Source: Bacteroidales bacterium (lineage in GTDB: Bacteria > Bacteroidota > Bacteroidia > Bacteroidales > UBA7960). Taken from it: a DNA stretch of 64,000 bases. The stretch covers positions 18,636-82,635 of the forward strand of contig PUKZ01000191.1 in NCBI GenBank assembly GCA_003550725.1. Reading direction: 5' to 3'. Positions 58,454-64,000 of this stretch are shown here, piece by piece. The notes below the pieces were generated by a model that was given only the letters and a program-made list of their open reading frames with translations, made no database searches and had not been told where the DNA came from. Within the stretch, counting starts at the first letter, position 1. Each line of letters opens with the position of its first letter. The position numbers and the translations under genes are program-made.

Positions 58454-59290
58454 ATGTTTGGGAAAATAAAAAGAAATTATTATTGTTTGGTTGCCGGCTT
58501 GCAGGATATTGAACTGGATACCCATAAGCTTCTTTTAAAACAGGAGGATCTTAAGGACTATCTCAGTTATGAGCTCCATAAGGATGATTTTGCCTTAGTT
58601 GAAAAGCTTTACTTGCCTTACGATAATAAGAATTTGCTAAATGTTTTAAAGAAATCGGAAGAACCGTTTAATGAAAAGGGTAAATTTTCTCTTGAATTGA
58701 TTGAAGAGCAGATCAAGGAACCAACCATCCTGCCTGAGTATATGATTAAGTTTATTAAAGCTTTTAAAGAAAAGGAGCCGTTTTTCCCGGAAATGAGTTC
58801 AGAAAATGAGCTTACATATTTGTTTTATAACGAAATGCTCAAGGATGATAATGATTTCATAAGGTGGTGGCATGAGTTACAGATGAATTTGCGAAATATC
58901 CTTACAGGTTTGAATTGCAGGAGATATTCACTTAACCCTGAGCATCATATTATTGGTAATAACGAAATTGCCGAGAGTATTAGGAAGAGTCATGCCAAAG
59001 ATTTTGGCCTTTCAAATAAGCTCGATTATGCTGAAGAAATAATTTCTATAGGACGAATAGAAGATATTCATGAACGGGAGCTTGCAATTGACAAGTTTTG
59101 CTGGAACCGTTTGGATGAACATATATTTTTTGAATATTTTACAATTGAGCGTATTTTGGCTTTTGTTCTGAAAACCTTTATGGTTGAACGCTGGCTTTCT
59201 ATAGATAAAGAACAAGGCAGGGAAATGTTCAAAAAGCTTATAGAAGATTTACAAAAAAGTTACGATTTACCGGAAACATTTAAGAAATAA
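58454..59290 (+). CDS. DUF2764 family protein (Bacteroidota V-ATPase operon component, probable subunit C analogue)
   Basis: The track ORF begins at 58406 inside the repeat. The ATG at 58454 (MFGKIKRNYYCLVAGLQDIELD..., 278 aa) is more plausible. Position between E and A matches the Bacteroidota V-ATPase operon layout as I recall it. Confidence 0.72.
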   Translation: MFGKIKRNYYCLVAGLQDIELDTHKLLLKQEDLKDYLSYELHKDDFALVEKLYLPYDNKNLLNVLKKSEEPFNEKGKFSLELIEEQIKEPTILPEYMIKFIKAFKEKEPFFPEMSSENELTYLFYNEMLKDDNDFIRWWHELQMNLRNILTGLNCRRYSLNPEHHIIGNNEIAESIRKSHAKDFGLSNKLDYAEEIISIGRIEDIHERELAIDKFCWNRLDEHIFFEYFTIERILAFVLKTFMVERWLSIDKEQGREMFKKLIEDLQKSYDLPETFKK

Positions 59291-59305
59291 TAATTATTTA
59301 CGTTT

Positions 59306-61267
59306 ATGAAGACAACTGGTAAGATAACCGGAATTATTGCCAACCTTGTTATTGTTGAAACAGAGGGAAATGTTGCTCAAAATGAGATATGCTATATCAA
59401 ACATGGGGATGAGCTTCTGATGTCGGAGGTTATAAAAATCATGGGTGAAAAGGCATATATACAGGTTTTTGAAAGTACCCGTGGAGTTAAGGTTGGAACT
59501 GAAGTTGAATTTACCGGACACATGCTTGAGGTTACGCTTGGACCGGGAATCCTTTCCAAAAATTTTGACGGGTTACAGAATGACCTTAATAAGATGGAAG
59601 GGGTTTTTCTGAAAAGAGGTGAATATACCTACCCGCTTGATGTTAAGAAGCAGTATGAGTTTAAGCCATTAGCGAAAAAGGGGGATAGTGTTAAAGCAGG
59701 TGACTGGCTGGGGGAGGGAACCGAAAACTGGATACCCCATAAGATTATGGTTCCATTTAAGTTTAATGGAAACTTTAAAATCAAATCAATCGAAAACAAA
59801 GGTAAGTATAAGATTGAGGACACTATTGCTGTTTTGACTGATGATGATGGCAAAGAACACAAGGTGTCAATGATCCAGAAGTGGCCTGTAAAAGTGCCTA
59901 TCAAAGCATATAAAGACAAACCCAGGCCATTCAAAATTTTTGAAACAGGCATACGTGTATTTGACACTTTAAATCCAATGGCTGAGGGTGGTACCGGTTT
60001 TATTCCGGGGCCTTTCGGTTCTGGTAAGACAGTTTTGCAGCACAATATTTCAAAAAATGCCGAAGCAGACCTGGTTGTTATTGCAGCTTGTGGTGAGCGT
60101 GCTAATGAGGTCGTAGAGATATTCACCGAATTCCCTGAGCTGGATGACCCAAGAAGCGGCAGAAAGCTTATGGAACGTACAACAATTATTGCCAACACCT
60201 CTAATATGCCTGTTGCAGCACGTGAAGCTTCAGTTTATACAGCAATGACAATTGCTGAGTACTACAGGGCAATGGGATTAAGAGTACTCTTGCTAGCTGA
60301 TTCTACTTCAAGGTGGGCTCAAGCGCTGCGCGAAATGTCAAACAGAATGGAGGAATTGCCGGGGCAAGATGGTTATCCTATGGACTTGCCTGCTATTATC
60401 TCAAATTTCTACTCAAGAGCTGGATTCGTTTACCTTAATAATGGTGAAACCGGCTCTATTACCTTTATTGGAACAGTATCGCCTGCAGGTGGTAACTTAA
60501 AAGAACCTGTAACCGAGTCAACAAAAAAAGCCGCAAGGTGCTTCTATGCATTGTCACAGCAGCGTGCCGACAGTAAAAGATATCCTGCCATAGATTCTCT
60601 GGATAGCTATTCAAAATATCTTGAATATCCGGAAATTATTGAATACCTTAATGAGAATTTAGACAGTAAATGGACAGAGAATGTTCATTATGCCAAGGAT
60701 ACATTGCTGAGAGGAAAAGAAGTTTTCGAACAAATTAACATCCTCGGTGATGATGGTGTGCCAATAGATTATCATATCAAACACTGGAAAGCTGAGTTGG
60801 TTGACTTTGTGATTGCTCAACAGGATGCCTTCGACAAAACCGATGCGTCATCTTCTTTTGACAGGCAGAGCTATATGCTGGAAAAGATTGTGAATACTTG
60901 TAAAATGGATTTTGAGTTTGATGATTTTGAAGAAGTGGGAGCATATTTTAAAAAGATGATCAACCAGTTTAAGCAAATGAACTTTTCTGAATTTGATTCT
61001 GATGATTTTAAAAAGTACGAAAAAGCTGTTGAAAAAACTTTGAAAGAAAGACGTGTAGAAGAAGGTAGTGAAGAGGATGAAGACAAAGCGGAAGAAAAGT
61101 CAAAGGAGAAAAAGTCTGCGGAGCCTAAAGAAAAAGATGATAAAAAAGAGTCAAAGTCTTCTGAGTCTAAAGATGAAGATGATAAAAAAGAGTCAAAGAC
61201 TGCTAAACAAAAAGACAAAGATTCTAAATCTAAGAAGCAAAAAGATAAAAAATCTAAGGATAAATAA
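59306..61267 (+). CDS. atpA: V-type ATP synthase catalytic subunit A, with ~70-aa Lys/Glu/Asp/Ser-rich C-terminal extension
   Basis: 653 aa with Walker A GPFGSGKTV and LLADSTSRWAQALRE. The tail is EGSEEDEDKAEEKSKEKKSAEPKEKDDKKESKSSESKDEDDKKESKTAKQKDKDSKSKKQKDKKSKDK. Confidence 0.95.
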   Translation: MKTTGKITGIIANLVIVETEGNVAQNEICYIKHGDELLMSEVIKIMGEKAYIQVFESTRGVKVGTEVEFTGHMLEVTLGPGILSKNFDGLQNDLNKMEGVFLKRGEYTYPLDVKKQYEFKPLAKKGDSVKAGDWLGEGTENWIPHKIMVPFKFNGNFKIKSIENKGKYKIEDTIAVLTDDDGKEHKVSMIQKWPVKVPIKAYKDKPRPFKIFETGIRVFDTLNPMAEGGTGFIPGPFGSGKTVLQHNISKNAEADLVVIAACGERANEVVEIFTEFPELDDPRSGRKLMERTTIIANTSNMPVAAREASVYTAMTIAEYYRAMGLRVLLLADSTSRWAQALREMSNRMEELPGQDGYPMDLPAIISNFYSRAGFVYLNNGETGSITFIGTVSPAGGNLKEPVTESTKKAARCFYALSQQRADSKRYPAIDSLDSYSKYLEYPEIIEYLNENLDSKWTENVHYAKDTLLRGKEVFEQINILGDDGVPIDYHIKHWKAELVDFVIAQQDAFDKTDASSSFDRQSYMLEKIVNTCKMDFEFDDFEEVGAYFKKMINQFKQMNFSEFDSDDFKKYEKAVEKTLKERRVEEGSEEDEDKAEEKSKEKKSAEPKEKDDKKESKSSESKDEDDKKESKTAKQKDKDSKSKKQKDKKSKDK

Positions 61268-61305
61268 ATAAGGAAATAATTAAATAAACCTGGAAAAGAA
61301 AACTA

Positions 61306-62637
61306 GTGATGGAACAAGATACAAAAGCATTTCAACGAGTATATACCAAGTTGTTTCAGTTAACCAAAGCTACTGTTTCGCTTCAAGCTTCGGGAGTTGG
61401 GAATGAGGAACTGGCTATTGTTGATGGCAGGCCTGCGCAGGTGGTAAAAATAATGGATGATATTGTTACTTTGCAGGTATTTCAGGGTACTGAGGGAATT
61501 GCAACAGATGCAGAGGTTATTTTTACCGGCAAAGCACCTACATTGAAGGTAGGTGATGACCTGACAGGGAGGTTTTTCGATGCTTATGGATCGCCAATGG
61601 AGGGAAGTAAAGAGATAATGGGAAATGAGGTTGAGGTTGGGGCTCCTTCTGTGAACCCGGTTAGAAGAAAACAGCCATCAGAATTTATAGCTACCGGTAT
61701 TGCAGGTATAGACCTGAACAACTCACTGGTTACCGGACAAAAAATCCCATTTTTTGCCGATCCTGACCAGCCTTTTAACCAGGTAATGGCAATGGTTGCC
61801 CTGCGTGCAAAAGCTGATAAAATCATCCTTGCCGGAATGGGGCTTACCAATGATGACTATCTGTTTTTTAAAAATATATTTGATAGCGCGGGAGCTCTTG
61901 ACCGTATTGTTGGTTTCATCAATACTACAGAAAACCCACCGGTTGAGAGATTACTGGTACCCGATATGGCTCTTTCTGCTGCTGAATATTTCGCTGTTGA
62001 AAAAAATGAAAAGGTGCTGGTGCTGCTAACTGATATGACTCTTTATTCTGATGCCCTAAGTATAGTATCAAACAGGATGGACCAAATACCTTCAAAAGAC
62101 AGTATGCCCGGATCACTCTATTCCGACCTTGCAAGGCTTTACGAAAAGGCAGTTCAATTCCCGGATGGTGGCTCAATTACAATTGTTGCAGTAACAACCC
62201 TTTCAGGAGGTGATATTACTCACGCAATTCCCGATAATACTGGTTATATCACCGAAGGACAGCTATTCTTAAGAAAAGATACTGATGTGGGTAAAGTTAT
62301 TGTTGACCCGTTCAGAAGCCTTTCACGCCTTAAACAATTGGTTATAGGTAAAAAAACAAGAGAAGATCACCCCCATGTAATGAATGCTGCCGTCAGACTG
62401 TATGCCGATGCAGCAAATGCCAAAACAAAGCTTGAAAATGGTTTTGATTTGACAGAGTACGATGAAAGAACACTTGATTTTGCCAAAGCATATTCAGAAA
62501 AACTGCTGGCAATAGATGTCAACATTGAAGTTGAAGAAATGCTTGAAACGGCTTATCAGTTGTTTGCTAAATACTTTTCACCCGAAGAGGTGGGTATGAG
62601 ACAGGAGTTTGTTGACAAATACTGGAAAGACAATTAA
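61306..62637 (+). CDS. atpB: V-type ATP synthase subunit B
   Basis: The protein has VNPVRR, SAAEYFA and GYITEGQLFL. The track start is a GTG at 61306; the ATG at 61309 (MEQDTKAF) is likely. Confidence 0.94.
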   Translation: MMEQDTKAFQRVYTKLFQLTKATVSLQASGVGNEELAIVDGRPAQVVKIMDDIVTLQVFQGTEGIATDAEVIFTGKAPTLKVGDDLTGRFFDAYGSPMEGSKEIMGNEVEVGAPSVNPVRRKQPSEFIATGIAGIDLNNSLVTGQKIPFFADPDQPFNQVMAMVALRAKADKIILAGMGLTNDDYLFFKNIFDSAGALDRIVGFINTTENPPVERLLVPDMALSAAEYFAVEKNEKVLVLLTDMTLYSDALSIVSNRMDQIPSKDSMPGSLYSDLARLYEKAVQFPDGGSITIVAVTTLSGGDITHAIPDNTGYITEGQLFLRKDTDVGKVIVDPFRSLSRLKQLVIGKKTREDHPHVMNAAVRLYADAANAKTKLENGFDLTEYDERTLDFAKAYSEKLLAIDVNIEVEEMLETAYQLFAKYFSPEEVGMRQEFVDKYWKDN

Positions 62638-62664
62638 TAACTAAAGGAAAATTTCGCTTAAAAT

Positions 62665-63273
62665 ATGGCGATAAAATTTCAATATAATAAAACAGCGCTG
62701 CAGTCTCTTGATAAACAACTCAAGATACGATTAAGGGCTTTACCCACATTGCAAAATAAAGAGGCAGCTCTGCGTACAGAAGTTAAAAAGGCTAAAACTG
62801 AAGCCGAAAAGCTTGATGAAAAGCTCGAGCAGAAGATGAAGGCCTATCATAAAGCTACAGATCTGTGGGAAGAGTTTGACAACAGCCTTGTGAAAGTTGA
62901 AGATGTGGAGCTTTCAGTTAAAAAGATTGCAGGGGTTAAAACTCCAATACTTGAAGAGGTGAAGTTTGAAGTTGACGATTTTAGCGTTTTCAACAAACCA
63001 CAATGGTACCTGGATGGTATAGATATTGTTAAGCAACTGGCCGAAATTGCAATCGAAAGAGAAGTCTTTTTAAGGAAAATGGAATTGCTTGATTATGCCA
63101 GAAAAAAAACAACCCAAAAGGTTAATTTGTATGAGAAGGTTCAAATACCGGGATTTGAAGAAGCTATACTTAAGATAAAGCGTTTTCTTGAAGATGAGGA
63201 AAATCTATCAAAAGCTTCACAGAAGATTGTTAAAGCCCGGCTTGAGCAACAACAAATGGAGGATAGCGTATGA
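62665..63273 (+). CDS. atpD: V-type ATP synthase subunit D
   Basis: 202 aa long-helix protein in the position after B. Its stop overlaps the next ATG (ATGA). Confidence 0.82.
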   Translation: MAIKFQYNKTALQSLDKQLKIRLRALPTLQNKEAALRTEVKKAKTEAEKLDEKLEQKMKAYHKATDLWEEFDNSLVKVEDVELSVKKIAGVKTPILEEVKFEVDDFSVFNKPQWYLDGIDIVKQLAEIAIEREVFLRKMELLDYARKKTTQKVNLYEKVQIPGFEEAILKIKRFLEDEENLSKASQKIVKARLEQQQMEDSV

Positions 63274-64000
63274 TTTTACCAATGCTTAAATATTCATTCC
63301 TGGTTTATCATGGCGATTACGAGAAGTTTCTCGATGATATAGGCAAGATCGGCGTTGTTGATGTTATTGTTAAGAAAGATGAGGATTCTGAAGAGCTAAA
63401 AGAGAAATACAGACATGTTAAAGAAATAACTTCAACAATCAAGTTTCTTGAAAAACGAGGGGTAGAAAAAAAGAAGCAAAAATCTGTTGAAGGAAAAGAC
63501 GTTTTCGAGGAGATCAACAAGCTTCGCAATGAACAGGAGGAGAAGCTACAACAGCTTAATTCATTAAAAAAAGAGATAAGCTTAATCTCTCCCTGGGGAG
63601 ATTTTTCTGTTGATACTATTGAAAAGCTTAAGGATGAAGGGATTAGGCTCAGGTTTTATACTTGTTCTTCAAAGCGTTATGATGAGCAGTGGGAACGTGA
63701 ATATCCTATTGAAGTTATAGATAAAAAGGCAGGGAATGTTTATTTTGTTGTTGTTGAGAGGGGTGAGGAGGAAATTGAGTTGGATGCTGAAGAGGTTCGG
63801 GCACCCGAAAAACCGGTTTCAGAACTCAAGCATTATGAAAAAAAGCTGGAAGAGGATATTCGAAACATTGAAAAGCAATTTGATAAGCATGCTTCTCAAA
63901 GCATAAAAGCGTTGGAAGAATACCGCAAAGAGATATGGGAAACTACCGAATATGAAAAAGTATGGGAGAACACTTTAGCTGAAGCAGATGATAAGGTTAT
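63270..64000 (+). CDS. atpI: V-type ATP synthase subunit I (N-terminal cytoplasmic domain; continues past the window end)
   Basis: Not in the ORF track because it is open-ended. My translation from the ATG at 63270 gives MILPMLKYSFLVYHGDYEKFLDDIGKIGVVDVIVKKDEDSEELKEKY...ISPWGDFSVDTIEKLKDEGIRLRFY... and stays open to 64000. Confidence 0.85.
   Translation, partial: MILPMLKYSFLVYHGDYEKFLDDIGKIGVVDVIVKKDEDSEELKEKYRHVKEITSTIKFLEKRGVEKKKQKSVEGKDVFEEINKLRNEQEEKLQQLNSLKKEISLISPWGDFSVDTIEKLKDEGIRLRFYTCSSKRYDEQWEREYPIEVIDKKAGNVYFVVVERGEEEIELDAEEVRAPEKPVSELKHYEKKLEEDIRNIEKQFDKHASQSIKALEEYRKEIWETTEYEKVWENTLAEADDKV

Noticed and set aside
59629-61218. Antisense ORFs (189 aa and 115 aa) within atpA.
   Set aside because: They are shadow frames opposite a clearly conserved catalytic subunit. 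The 115-aa one merely mirrors the KE-rich tail as an S/F/L-rich string.

Overview
This 64 kb window is a low-GC chromosomal segment that looks Bacteroidota-derived. Supporting signs are TAnnTTTG-type -7 promoter boxes, a gldB-like gene, a FISUMP lipoprotein, a V-type ATPase operon with a DUF2764 gene, and a dcw cluster without murF. Content is almost entirely core housekeeping:
- DNA repair and topology: uvrB (5' part, open at the window edge), a mutL operon with two rhomboid proteases, and parE.
- Envelope: nucleotide-sugar genes (rfbD, UDP-glucuronate decarboxylase), a TonB-type outer-membrane barrel, an N-acyl-amino-acid-lipid acyltransferase pair, and lpxH.
- Metabolism: a methionine-salvage-like aminotransferase/omega-amidase pair, pgk, gap, an aspartate-type aminotransferase, serC-serA-DUF1015, an acyl-CoA ligase, and a biotin-domain-less OadA/5S-type carboxyltransferase.
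- Cell division: engB and the complete dcw cluster mraZ-rsmH-ftsL-ftsI-murE-mraY-murD-ftsW-murG-murC-ftsQ-ftsA-ftsZ.
- Energy: a V-type ATPase operon E-DUF2764-A-B-D-I, with I open at the window end.

I found no tRNA, rRNA, CRISPR array, transposase, integrase, phage gene or recognisable defence system, and no novel multi-gene protein system that I can support.

The most unusual signal is non-coding. A family of co-oriented intergenic repeat elements has at least six copies here: five between 9.7 and 17.2 kb and one inside the V-ATPase operon. I cannot assign it to any element family I know. Each copy combines a GTGACGGGTAA box, an A-loop hairpin and a run of GTYACYC heptamers.

Other points worth a look:
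- A textbook-like MraZ operator (three GTGGT repeats at 10-nt spacing) overlapping the dcw promoter.
- An uncharacterised 465-aa cytoplasmic protein flanked by the repeats.
- Charged low-complexity tails on several enzymes, notably V-ATPase subunit A.
- Several structured spacers.

All calls come from reading the sequence and ORF translations. No database search was run.
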